From positions 608,001 to 672,000 of the forward strand of contig CAVZQC010000004.1 of the NCBI GenBank assembly GCA_963777315.1: a DNA stretch of 64,000 nt. The letters are read 5' to 3'. Below the pieces are notes generated by a model. The model was given only the letters and a program-made list of their open reading frames with translations. It was not told the DNA's origin and made no database searches. Position numbers and translations under genes: made by a program. Below are positions 54,530 through 64,000 of this stretch, one piece after another (the first letter of the stretch is position 1; each line of letters opens with the position of its first letter). Source of the stretch: Vulcanimicrobiota bacterium (GTDB taxonomy: Bacteria; Vulcanimicrobiota; Vulcanimicrobiia; Vulcanimicrobiales; Vulcanimicrobiaceae).

Positions 54530-56246
54530 ATGAGGCCCTCGATCTGGCGTGTCCTCGCGCTGTGCTGCATTACGCTTGCAATTGCGTTTGTGCTGTACCA
54601 ACTGACCATCCCCGAGCGCGATACGTTCGGTCTAGGCAACTGGGTGCCGCTGAGCCGTCCGGAATTTCTCGTCAAATCCGTCGAGCCCAATTCACCCGCG
54701 CAACGCGCCGGTATTCGGCCCGGCGATGCGATCTCGTACGGCACCAATAGTCAAGAACGCCTAACGGCGCTTTACCCCAGTCCGGGCACTCGCGTACGGC
54801 TCAAGGTCAACGGTTCTCGGGTCGTCGTGCTCACTGCGCGCAAATTGCCGGCACTGGGAAGCGAACTCGTGCTGCCGACGCTCATACGTTTGGCATTTTT
54901 GCTCGTGGCCGCTCTACTTGCGTGGCGAAAATCCGAAGATCGATCTGCACGAGCGCTCGTGGCATTTCTCTTTTGCTACGGGCTGGGGATCAGTCTGCCG
55001 AACGGTGTGCTCCCGACGCCTCTTCTGTCGTTCATTGTTCTGCAGCTCGGCCCTTTGGCGCTTTTCCTTCTGGGAACGAGCGCCGCCGCCGTATTCGCTG
55101 CGAACTTTCCTTCGCGCTCGAACGATTACGCAACGCAGGCCATGGCGCGCATCGGGCAGTTGGTCGCGATTGCGGCATTGATCGTCGTGGTTTCAGGCGA
55201 ATCGATTCCACATACCGCGCTTGTCAGCTTTCACGCTCAACGCCATCACCATGGCGGCGTTCATTATTCTTGGCGCACTCGTGCTGGCTACACTGATTGT
55301 GGCCCACGTCCGAGGCGCGGCAGCCGAGCGCCAGCGCCGCCGATGGGTTTTCCTCATCCTCGGCCTGGGAACGAGCGGCTTACTTCTCGATATTGCCGTG
55401 AGCGGCGTCATCGGTTACCAACGCTGGCTCGACGATCTCGCGCTAGTCGTGATCGGTGCCATTCCCATCGGTCTGGCGTACGTCATTCTGCGACATCGGG
55501 TCATCGACGTGGGCTTTGTGCTCAACCGGGCACTGGTCTACACCGGCGTTTCGGCCGTCATCGTTGCGGTTTTTCTGATCGTCGAAACGCTGCTCAGCAA
55601 ATACGTCGAACAGAATAGCCGCGTCGGAAGCATCGCGGCGCAGCTCGTCGTCGCGCTCGTCTTGGGCTTCTCCGTGCGCGCGATCCACACGCGAGTGGAT
55701 CGCTTCGTCGACAGCGTACTTTTCCGCGAGCGGCATCTTGCCGAAGAGGCATTACGTCTCTTCTCGCACGACGCCGCGTACATCACCGAGGCCAACGTCT
55801 TGCTCTCCCGTTGCGTGCGGGCCATCGAACGCTATGCGTGCGCGCGCGGCGCCGGAATTTGGGTGGCAAACTCGCCGGCATACCGGCCGGCGGTAAGCAC
55901 CTTCGAAGTTGCCGCAACCGTGGATGAGAATGATGCAGCCGTGGTCGCAATGCGCGCTCGCCGCGTCTGCGTGGATTTGCCGCTGGACGAATCCGCTCTG
56001 CCCGGTTCGCTCGCCTTTCCCATGATCGTGCGGGGCGAGCTCCTCGGCATGCTTGTGTGCGGGGCCAAGTCCGATGATGAAACCTACGCGCCCGACGAAC
56101 GCGAAACGCTCGCTTCCCTTGCCACAAGCGTCGGCCATGCGCTCGATACGATTGAAGTACGCGAGCTGCGGCGCCGGCTGGAAACGCTCGGCGCGCCGGC
56201 CCTAGTCCCGCCCGTCGCAACCGATGAGGGTCGCGCGGCGTTCTAA
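54530..56246 (+). CDS. Membrane sensor-like protein (PDZ, multi-TM, GAF-like); apparent frameshift at about 55230
   Basis: VEPNSPAQRAGIRPGD PDZ motif; ILRHRVIDV..LNRALVY; LAFPM..RGELLG; removing one T at AGCTTT joins the ORFs. Confidence 0.75.
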
Positions 56247-56255
56247 CCGAAGGAT

Positions 56256-56666
56256 ATGAGCATGGCAGAACAGCGTTTTACACCCGAGATGACCGTCGAC
56301 CAAGCCTTCAAGGTGCATGCGGGAGCGCGGCGCGTTTTCGCGCGCTTCCACTTGGGGGGCTGCTCCAATTGCGCGATCAGCGAATCGCACACGATTGGCG
56401 CCATCAGCGAAGATTATGGCATTCCTCTGCCGATGCTGCTCGACAGCCTGAACGCGCTATGGGATCAAGGCACGCTGGCAGTCGGCGACCAGGTTCGCAT
56501 CCCGGATGAGATTCGCTCGAAAATCCCTCAGCTGGCGAACGTGCCCGAGGTCGGCGAGATCAAGAGCGTCGAGGCAGGGGCCTACACCGCTGAGTTCGGC
56601 GAGGTGCGGTTGCAGGGTCTAGCCGAGGATTTCATTCCGGTCCGGGCAACCGTCACTACGCCGTAA
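56256..56666 (+). CDS. DUF1858-like redox/disulfide domain protein
   Basis: FTPEMTV...VFARFHLGGCSNCA...TI motif. Confidence 0.65.
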   Translation: MSMAEQRFTPEMTVDQAFKVHAGARRVFARFHLGGCSNCAISESHTIGAISEDYGIPLPMLLDSLNALWDQGTLAVGDQVRIPDEIRSKIPQLANVPEVGEIKSVEAGAYTAEFGEVRLQGLAEDFIPVRATVTTP

Positions 56667-56673
56667 TGAACGA

Positions 56674-56700
56674 CGCCCCGGAATCCGGGGCGTTTCTATT
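56674..56700 (+). terminator. Intrinsic terminator
   Basis: ACGCCCCGG-AAT-CCGGGGCGT-TTCTATT. Confidence 0.75.
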
Positions 56701-57094
56701 CGAGGGGCTTGCGTTCGCTAAAGCCTTCGTCCATACCGTGCCAGTGCGAGATGCTCTGCTCGCCGGCTTTCCAGCACAGAAAGACTGCGCGGCCGTCGCG
56801 CATCGACGGGAAATCGAGCAGCCCCAAATCGATGTCCTTCACGATGCAGCCGTAGGCTTCGATGCGGTTCATAATGCGCACGATCTCGGCCTTTTGTTCG
56901 CTGAAACGGCCCGGGGTAAAAGGTGAACGCGGCGTCGCCATTCTGCTGTGGGGAGCGCGCTCCGTGCCGCGCAGCACCGGGTCGTTCTCGAGAAGCCTGA
57001 TCGCCAGGTCGCGCCGCTTGCGCCAAAGATCCTCCATCAATGGAGCTACCTTCGGGATGAGGGCGTTAGCCTTTTCGGGCGAAAACAGTTTCAT
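56696..57094 (-). CDS. DUF2203 family protein
   Basis: VKDIDLGLLDFP...LCWK.GE..I..WH...GF..R motif. Confidence 0.88.
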   Translation of the reverse strand: MKLFSPEKANALIPKVAPLMEDLWRKRRDLAIRLLENDPVLRGTERAPHSRMATPRSPFTPGRFSEQKAEIVRIMNRIEAYGCIVKDIDLGLLDFPSMRDGRAVFLCWKAGEQSISHWHGMDEGFSERKPLE

Positions 57095-57140
57095 GAGATT
57101 CGAACGCTCCGCCCTTCGACGGGCCGTGGGAAAGCGCTAA

Positions 57141-58002
57141 GTGGTATCGGGCCGATTGGTTTTCGTAACCGGGCTCTCCGGCGCGGGCAAGAGTCAAGCG
57201 ATGAAGACACTGGAAGATTTGGGCTTTTACTGTGTAGATAACCTTCCTCCCAAGCTCACGCCGCAAACCCTCTCACTGTTAAAAGACGCGCAGGTGCGCG
57301 AAGTCGCAATTGCGCTGGACGTCCGCAGCGGAGGAACCTTGGGCGAAGCGTTGCCCCTGCTTTCCGATCTGTTCGAGCGCAGCGTGCACCCGCTCGTGTT
57401 GTTCTTGGATGCTCGCGACGACGTACTAGTACGGCGGTACAGCGAAACGCGCCGGCGCCACCCGTTCGCTTCGGTCGGTTCGCTGCGCGATGCGATCGCC
57501 GTCGAGCGCTCCACGCTGGCGCCGTTGCGCGCTCTCGCCTCACACGTCATCGACACGACCGCTCTCACGCATGCCGATCTGAAAGAGCGCATCCTTGCTT
57601 CGTTTGCACCCGAGCACGCCGATCGTCGTCTGTCGGTGACCATCGTCGCGTTCGGGTTCAAATACGGCATACCGCTCGATCTGGACGTGCTGTTCGACGT
57701 GCGTTTCCTACACAACCCGAACTACGTTGAGCGGCTGCGCCCGCTTACGGGTGCCGACCCGTCGGTTGCCCAATACATCGAAACCGACCCGTCCACGGCT
57801 CCGTTTCTGGATCGGCTGTTCGACATGATCGACTTTTTGATGCCGCGCTTTATGACCGAGGGCAAATCGCAGACTGACCATCGGTATCGGCTGCACGGGC
57901 GGGCGGCACCGGTCCGTCTACGTAGCGCGCCGTCTGTACGAGCATTTGGAGCGCCGCGGGCAAGTCGAGCTGTATCTGGATTCCAGGGATTCGGTTCGAT
58001 GA
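57141..58002 (+). CDS. rapZ: RNase adapter RapZ (YvcJ); apparent frameshift at about 57873
   Basis: TGLSGAGKS, DNLPP and FGFKYG; corrected C-terminus LTIGIGCTGGRHRSV ends at TGA 58000-58002. Confidence 0.9.
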
Positions 58003-59348
58003 TTCGCCTCATACAGCGGTTGCCGCCGTTTCTGCGCTGGGCCGTTCCGGGTTTGGGCGTCAAGCGCTGGCTCATCGTCGCCATCGCCGGCATCCTGCTG
58101 CTCGTCAACGGAATCGATCGATACCTGGTGGCGATCGGGTACGACGTGCACGCCAACGAGCTCATCGACAGCTTCGTCGACGGTTACTTTCCACCCAGCT
58201 GGCTCAAATGGATATTCATCGCCGTAGGCATCGCCGCCATCTTCGTCGGCAGCCGCCAATGGCTGCTGGCCATTTTGCGCGCCGGCGCCATGGGTGGTAA
58301 CGATCGCATTTTAGATACGCTGTACGAAATGCGGCTGGGCAGCGGATACAAGATCGTCGCAATCGGCGGGGGCACGGGCCTTTCCACGCTGTTGCGCGGT
58401 CTCAAACGCAAGACGAGCAATCTGACGGCCGTCGTGACCGTCAGCGACGACGGCGGAAGCTCGGGACGCCTGCAGCGCGAGCTTGGCGTACTTCCCCCCG
58501 GCGACGTGCGCAACTGTTTGGTGGCGCTGGCCGACGACGAAGCAATGGTGACCGATCTGTTCCGCTACCGCTTTAGCGAAGGCGAGGGATTGAGCGGACA
58601 TTCGTTCGGCAACCTTTTCTTGGCTGCGATGACCGGCATCACCGGAAACTTCGATCACGCGATCAAGGAATCGAGCCGCGTGCTCAACATCACGGGGTGC
58701 GTGCTGCCTTCCACGCTTGGCGTTGCGCGGCTGTGCGCCCGGCTCTCCGACGGCACCGTCGTCGAGGGCGAATCGACCATCTCGGCTTCCAAACAGCCGA
58801 TCAAACAGGTCTTTTTCGATCCTCCGTACGCCGCGCCGCTGGGTGAAGTGATCACGGCCATCCGCGAAGCCGATGCGATCGTTCTCGGCCCGGGAAGCCT
58901 CTACACGTCGATTCTGCCGAACTTCTTGGTGGACCGTATCTCGCGCGAAGTCGCGTCGTCGAATGCAGTCAAAATGTACGTGTGCAACGTCATGACGCAG
59001 CCCGGCGAAACCGACCGCATGACCGCCGCGCACCACGTCGAAGCGCTGCTGGAAAATGCCGGCGCGCGCGTATGCGAGTTCGTCATCGTCAACGATCAGC
59101 CGCCCTCGAAACTCCGCGAGGCGTACGCAGTCGAAGGGCAAATTCCGGTCGAACCCGACATCGACCGCATCGTCGAAATGGGGTTGGTGCCGGTGCGCGC
59201 GCAAGTGATCAGCGAAACCGCGACCGTTCGGCACGATCCGGAGAAGCTCGCCCAAGTCGTCATGGGAATCATCGACCGATCCATCGCGCAACGCGCCTCG
59301 TACATGCGTCCCGCTCGCCTCTACGAGCGTTCCAACTCTCCGGCGTAA
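57999..59348 (+). CDS. yvcK: YvcK/CofD-like gluconeogenesis factor with N-terminal membrane domain
   Basis: GGGTGLS, DDGGSSG, PPGDVRN and GPGSLYTS motifs. Confidence 0.92.
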   Translation: MIRLIQRLPPFLRWAVPGLGVKRWLIVAIAGILLLVNGIDRYLVAIGYDVHANELIDSFVDGYFPPSWLKWIFIAVGIAAIFVGSRQWLLAILRAGAMGGNDRILDTLYEMRLGSGYKIVAIGGGTGLSTLLRGLKRKTSNLTAVVTVSDDGGSSGRLQRELGVLPPGDVRNCLVALADDEAMVTDLFRYRFSEGEGLSGHSFGNLFLAAMTGITGNFDHAIKESSRVLNITGCVLPSTLGVARLCARLSDGTVVEGESTISASKQPIKQVFFDPPYAAPLGEVITAIREADAIVLGPGSLYTSILPNFLVDRISREVASSNAVKMYVCNVMTQPGETDRMTAAHHVEALLENAGARVCEFVIVNDQPPSKLREAYAVEGQIPVEPDIDRIVEMGLVPVRAQVISETATVRHDPEKLAQVVMGIIDRSIAQRASYMRPARLYERSNSPA

Positions 59349-60414
59349 GCTGCGGCAAAGGAACGCGCCGCCTGTTCCACTCGCTGGAATCGGCGGTTCG
59401 AACCGTTACCCCGCGCTCTTCCAACGCGCGACGCCCATCGTCTTCAACCATCCCGCCGAACGCGACGACCGCGACCCCGGCGCGCCGCGCCAGCTGCGCC
59501 ACGCCGGCGACCGTTTTGCCGCGCGGCGTCTGGGAGTCGATCTTTCCTTCGCCCGTCGCGCACAGTTGCGCGCCCCGCAGCGCCTGCTCCAGGCCGCACT
59601 CTTTGGCGATCACTTGCCAGCCGCGTTCCATGCGTGCGTTCAAAAACTCCATGAGTGCATACCCCACGCCGCCGCCGGCGCCGGCGCCGGGCGTTGCCGA
59701 TTCATCGCGGCCGAGCGTTCGCGCGGCGACGTCGGCGATCCGCGCCAACGAACGGTCCAACGCTGCGATCTGTGCTTGGTTTGCGCCTTTCTGCGGCGCG
59801 AACACCCGCGCTGCGCCGGCCGGACCGCACAACGGATTGTCGACGTCGACGGCGATGACGACCGGCACGCTCGTAATGCGCGCGTCCAGGGCGCCGACGT
59901 CGATCGTTTCCAAGCGCGCGTACGCCTCGATATCGCGGCCGAGTTCTTCGCCGGGCGCTGCGATGAAGCGCACGCCCAGGGCGCGCATCATCCCGCTTCC
60001 GGCGTCCGTGGTCGCACTGCCGCCGATTCCGATGACGATCGCTTTGGCTCCCGCATCCAAGGCAGCGCGCAGGAGCTCACCGGTCCCATACGTGTCGGCG
60101 TGCAACGGATCGAGCCGGTCGCGCTCCACTAGAGAAAGCCCCGATGCGCAAGCCATTTCAAGGATTGCGGTGAGGCCTTGCATTGCGAACGGCGCGTCGA
60201 CCGGATCGCCCAGCGGGCCGGTTACCCGAGCGCTGCGCCGCTGCGCGCCCGCATGCAAAAAAGCCTCCACCGTGCCTTCCCCGCCATCGGCCATGGGTAC
60301 CAGCGCGAATTCGGCATGCGGCCATACCGCGCGCATGCCGCGGTGCAGCGCTTGCGCAGCCTGCATCGCCGTCAGCCGGCCTTTGAATTTGTCGGGCGCG
60401 ATGACGACGCGCAT
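59269..60414 (-). CDS. glxK: Glycerate kinase (C-terminus uncertain)
   Basis: IAPDKFKG, PMADGGEGT, GGSATTDAG, GAGAGGG and TGEG motifs. Confidence 0.92.
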   Translation of the reverse strand: MRVVIAPDKFKGRLTAMQAAQALHRGMRAVWPHAEFALVPMADGGEGTVEAFLHAGAQRRSARVTGPLGDPVDAPFAMQGLTAILEMACASGLSLVERDRLDPLHADTYGTGELLRAALDAGAKAIVIGIGGSATTDAGSGMMRALGVRFIAAPGEELGRDIEAYARLETIDVGALDARITSVPVVIAVDVDNPLCGPAGAARVFAPQKGANQAQIAALDRSLARIADVAARTLGRDESATPGAGAGGGVGYALMEFLNARMERGWQVIAKECGLEQALRGAQLCATGEGKIDSQTPRGKTVAGVAQLARRAGVAVVAFGGMVEDDGRRALEERGVTVRTADSSEWNRRRVPLPQLTPESWNARRGERDACTRRVARWIGR

Positions 60415-60424
60415 CGCGCGGGCC

Positions 60425-60760
60425 TCAGTGCGAAAGCGTGACGGTCAGCGCAAGCGGTTTGTCCGGCGCCAAGTGCGCGCTGCCCGAGTATGGCTTGTAC
60501 GTAGCATTGGGAACGGTCACGACGTAATCAATGGAGCCCACCGGAACCTGCGCAAACGAGAACTTGCCGCTGGGATCCGTTTGTACGGTCAGCACGGTAT
60601 CGACCGTTACGGTGGCGCCTTGGATCGGGCGATTCGTCGCAGCATCCAGCACCACGCCTTGGATGCTTTGGTACGTGCCCCCCGGCGGAAGCGAGCTGTC
60701 GTTGCATCCTACGAGCGCCGCCAATGCAACGAACGCCCAAATCAATCGTGCACGTCTCAT
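60425..60760 (-). CDS. Lipoprotein with carboxypeptidase-regulatory-like domain
   Basis: LVGC lipobox; G.V.D...PI.GATV...TD..G.F motif. Confidence 0.8.
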   Translation of the reverse strand: MRRARLIWAFVALAALVGCNDSSLPPGGTYQSIQGVVLDAATNRPIQGATVTVDTVLTVQTDPSGKFSFAQVPVGSIDYVVTVPNATYKPYSGSAHLAPDKPLALTVTLSH

Positions 60761-60877
60761 ACAAGCCTTCCTCTTCCACCACTATAGTACTCGACCCGGC
60801 CAACGTGACCAAGCGAAGGGCCACGAGCCGGCCACGCTGAACCGCGTGAGGTTCCCCCTTGGATCGGAGGCATTCCA

Positions 60878-62284
60878 GTGACGACCATGGCGTCGGACCC
60901 CGCAACCGGCATACGCTACTTCGACGACGCGCTCGAGGCGATCGGCAACACGCCGCTCATCCGGCTCAACAAGGTGACCGACGGCGTTCAATGTTTGGTG
61001 CTCGCCAAGGTCGAGTACGTCAACCCCGGCGGCAGCGTAAAAGATCGACCGGCCGTAGCCATGCTGGATGCTGCCGAGCAAGCCGGCCTGCTCAAGCCGG
61101 GCGGAACGATCGTCGAACCGACCAGCGGCAATACCGGTTCGGGTTTAGCCATGGCGGCGGCCATTCGCGGTTACCGCTGCATTCTGGTTATGCCCGACAA
61201 GATGTCCAAAGAAAAAGTCGACCTGCTTCGCGCGTACGGCGCCGAGGTCGTGGTAACGCCGTCCAACGTGGCCAATGATTCGCCGGAGTCGTATTACGGT
61301 GTGGCAAACCGGCTGGCGTCCGAAATCGCCGGAGCGTTCCAGCCCAACCAATTTCACAACCACCACAATCCGCAGGCTCACTACCACACGACCGGACCGG
61401 AAGTGTGGGAACAGACGGGCGGCCGCATTACGCATTTCGTGGCAGGCATCGGTACTGGCGGGACGATTTCCGGAACGGCACGCTATCTCAAAGAACGCAA
61501 TCCCAAAATTCACGTGGTCGGCGCCGATCCCGAAGGCTCGATCTATTCGGGCGACACGCCCAAATCGTACGCCGTCGAAGGCATCGGCATGTCGTATCTG
61601 CCCGAGACCGTGGATATGAAGGTGATCGATGAAATGGTGCGCGTGTCGGATCGCGATTCTTTCCTCATGGCGCGACGAATTACGCGCGAAGAAGGGCTGC
61701 TCGTCGGCGGCTCGTCGGGCACGGCTGCCGTCGCGGCGATGAGGCTGGCGAAAACACTGCCCGCCCAGGCGGTTCTCGTCGTCCTCTTCCCCGATTCGGG
61801 ACGCGGTTATATGTCGAAGATCTTCAACGACGAATGGATGATCGCCAACGGATTTCTCTCCGAAGGCAAACGCCGCGCTACGGTGGGCGACGTCCTGCGA
61901 AGCAAGCGGCCTCTACCGCCCCTGATTACGGTGGAGGATACCGACGTCGTCAAAAACGCATTGGATCTTCTGCGTCAGTATGAAATTTCGCAGATTCCGG
62001 TCATGCGCGCGCACGAACAAATCGGCAGCATCAACGACGTGACGGTCATGCAGGCAGTTTTCGACCAAGCCGACATCATTCACAAACCCGTCCGCGAGGT
62101 GATGGGACGTCCGTTTCCCGTGCTCGATCAAACCGAAGAGATCGACCGCGCGTACAAATTCCTGACGCTGGCAAATCCGGCGGTCGTGGTGACGGATGAA
62201 GACGAGCCGATCGGCGTACTCACGCGACAAGACATCATCAGCTATCTGTCGGTGGCCAGCGACGCCCCCAAAGGCCACATCTAG
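60878..62284 (+). CDS. cbs: Cystathionine beta-synthase with C-terminal CBS domains
   Basis: IGNTPL, NPGGSVKDR, PTSGNTG, GTGGT and PDSGRGY.SK motifs. Confidence 0.93.
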   Translation: MTTMASDPATGIRYFDDALEAIGNTPLIRLNKVTDGVQCLVLAKVEYVNPGGSVKDRPAVAMLDAAEQAGLLKPGGTIVEPTSGNTGSGLAMAAAIRGYRCILVMPDKMSKEKVDLLRAYGAEVVVTPSNVANDSPESYYGVANRLASEIAGAFQPNQFHNHHNPQAHYHTTGPEVWEQTGGRITHFVAGIGTGGTISGTARYLKERNPKIHVVGADPEGSIYSGDTPKSYAVEGIGMSYLPETVDMKVIDEMVRVSDRDSFLMARRITREEGLLVGGSSGTAAVAAMRLAKTLPAQAVLVVLFPDSGRGYMSKIFNDEWMIANGFLSEGKRRATVGDVLRSKRPLPPLITVEDTDVVKNALDLLRQYEISQIPVMRAHEQIGSINDVTVMQAVFDQADIIHKPVREVMGRPFPVLDQTEEIDRAYKFLTLANPAVVVTDEDEPIGVLTRQDIISYLSVASDAPKGHI

Positions 62285-63463
62285 TTGCGATTCAGTACGA
62301 AAGCCATTCACGCCGGGCAGGATGCCGACCCCACTACCGGCGCGACGATCGTCCCAATCTATCAGACTTCCACCTATACGCAGGACGCCGTCGGCGCGCA
62401 TAAAGGTTACGATTACAGCCGGACGATAAATCCGACGCGCGTCGCGCTCGAAACGCAGCTGGCGGCTCTGGAGAACGCGGAATACGCCTGCGCCTTTGCC
62501 AGCGGGATGGCTGCAACGTCTGCGGTGCTCAACGTGCTTTCCGCCGGCGACCACGTCATCGTGACGGATGATTTATACGGGGGAACTTACCGGCTGTTCG
62601 AGCGCGTGCTTACACGCTACGGTTTGGAATTCACGTACGTGGACATGGCCGACATGCAAGCCGTGCGCGCAGCGCTTGCGCCGAACACGAAAATGTTTTG
62701 GATCGAAACGCCGACCAATCCGCTGCTCAAACTGATCGACATCCGCGAGATCGCTTCGCTCGCGCGCGCCGGCGCAGGCAAGGTCATCGTCGCGGTCGAC
62801 AACACCTTTGCTACACCCTACTTTCAGGAGCCGCTCGCGCTGGGCGCCGACGTCGTGGTTCACTCCACGACCAAGTACATCGGCGGACACAGCGACGTGG
62901 TCGGTGGAGCAGCGGCCGTCAACGACAAGAGCCTCTACGAAACGATCAAATTCCATCAAAATGCCGTAGGCGGCATCCCGGGACCGCATGACGCTTGGTT
63001 GACGATGCGCGGCGCCAAAACGCTTGCGCTGCGGATGGAACGGCATGCCGAAAACGCGCAGGCCGTTGCCGAGTTTCTGCAGGCGCATCCCCAGGTACGG
63101 CGCGTGCACTATCCGGGCTTGCCGACCCATCCGCAGCACGAGCTGGCCAAGCGCCAAATGTCCGGATTCGGCGGAATGGTGTCCTTCACGCTTGCGGGTG
63201 AGCCCGAGCGCGCGATCGATTTCGCCAACCGAATGAAATATTTCAGCTTGGCGGAAAGCTTGGGCGGGGTCGAGTCGCTCGTTTGCCATCCGGCGCGCAT
63301 GACGCATGGGTCGATCCCAAAGCAAGAGCGCGAAAAACGCGGAGTCACCGATGGATTGCTGCGGTTGTCGGTCGGTATCGAGGACGTTGAAGACTTATTG
63401 GACGACTTACGCAGCGCCCTGGACAGCGTCAGAAACGATCCTTTGGATACGCTACGGCACTGA
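62285..63463 (+). CDS. metB: Cystathionine gamma-synthase/gamma-lyase
   Basis: YSRTINPT, FASGMAA, ETPTNP, HSTTKYIGGHSD and SLGGVESL motifs. Confidence 0.9.
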   Translation: MRFSTKAIHAGQDADPTTGATIVPIYQTSTYTQDAVGAHKGYDYSRTINPTRVALETQLAALENAEYACAFASGMAATSAVLNVLSAGDHVIVTDDLYGGTYRLFERVLTRYGLEFTYVDMADMQAVRAALAPNTKMFWIETPTNPLLKLIDIREIASLARAGAGKVIVAVDNTFATPYFQEPLALGADVVVHSTTKYIGGHSDVVGGAAAVNDKSLYETIKFHQNAVGGIPGPHDAWLTMRGAKTLALRMERHAENAQAVAEFLQAHPQVRRVHYPGLPTHPQHELAKRQMSGFGGMVSFTLAGEPERAIDFANRMKYFSLAESLGGVESLVCHPARMTHGSIPKQEREKRGVTDGLLRLSVGIEDVEDLLDDLRSALDSVRNDPLDTLRH

Positions 63464-63968
63464 CGTCGCTCAGGTCCCGCTTCGCTTTCGCCTCGTCGAG
63501 CTCCCCGAAACGTGCCGTCTCAAAGAGCTCCACTCCCCGCACGCCGTCCGCCCAGATGTACTCGTACGTTTTGACTTGACTAAAGCCGCTGCCGTAAGAA
63601 ATTTCCAGCCAGTACGCGGGCATGCCGTTGGACAGTTTCGTGGCGGTTTTCTTGATGAAGACGCTGTCGGCACGGGTGCGCATATCGTTTTCGACGGTCG
63701 TGTCGAAACCGTCGGCGGACCCGTCGAAGTTCTGCATGCGCAGTCCGATGTTGGACATGTCGGTCTTGTTCGGATGACGAACGAATGCGGCGACGATCGT
63801 CGGCTGATCGAACGCAGCCGGGTCGTGCGGCGGAGCGCCGAGCGAGATGAAATCCGGCGGCGCGGTGAACGACATCGCCGGATCGTTATACGTGTTGCCG
63901 GCGGCGATCGCAAGCGACGGCAGCAGATAAAAGAAAGCAGCCAAAACGGCGGCGGCAACGCGATTCAT
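63429..63968 (-). CDS. Secreted hypothetical protein
   Basis: Signal peptide; 179-aa ORF. Confidence 0.65.
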   Translation of the reverse strand: MNRVAAAVLAAFFYLLPSLAIAAGNTYNDPAMSFTAPPDFISLGAPPHDPAAFDQPTIVAAFVRHPNKTDMSNIGLRMQNFDGSADGFDTTVENDMRTRADSVFIKKTATKLSNGMPAYWLEISYGSGFSQVKTYEYIWADGVRGVELFETARFGELDEAKAKRDLSDVSAVAYPKDRF

Positions 63969-64000
63969 GCACTCTCCAGCACGCCGGCCAGCGCCGGCAG

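Noticed and set aside
57141..59348. 735-aa RapZ-YvcK fusion ORF
   Set aside because: Created by an extra A at 57873. Correction restores the RapZ GCTGGRHRS motif and a TGA overlapping the yvcK ATG.
59269..59400. 80-bp convergent overlap of glxK and yvcK
   Set aside because: An alternative frame (RVEQAARSFAAAY...) looks more protein-like, so this is probably an indel near 59390 rather than a meaningful overlap.

Overview
High-GC bacterial chromosome segment. Gene style and the expanded hypothetical families suggest Candidatus Eremiobacterota, but this is an unverified inference. Housekeeping content: aroE, yqeG, an intein-containing class II ribonucleotide reductase under two NrdR boxes, infA with a DEAD-box helicase, msrA, the yceD-rpmF-fabH-fabD-fabG-acpP-ffh-rpsP-khpA-rimM cluster, rapZ-yvcK, glycerate kinase, cbs-metB, four tRNAs and RNase P RNA. 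A decaying accessory island at about 9.9-19.8 kb holds IS3 and IS110 remnants, toxin-antitoxin relics and pseudogenes. The best candidates for novel biology are four. (1) A three-gene cassette at 48.7-50.0 kb: a lytic transglycosylase without a signal peptide plus two small paralogous helical proteins, reminiscent of type III-secretion pilus/rod subunits. (2) A 135-bp tandem array that re-copies the tRNA-Ser 3' half and carries its own antisense. (3) A 162-bp palindromic MITE with a CTAG duplication. (4) A strongly promoted, operator-flanked 34-codon ORF upstream of msrA. Six apparent frameshifts all fall on AGCT sites, which points to a systematic, possibly methylation-linked sequencing error rather than real pseudogenes.
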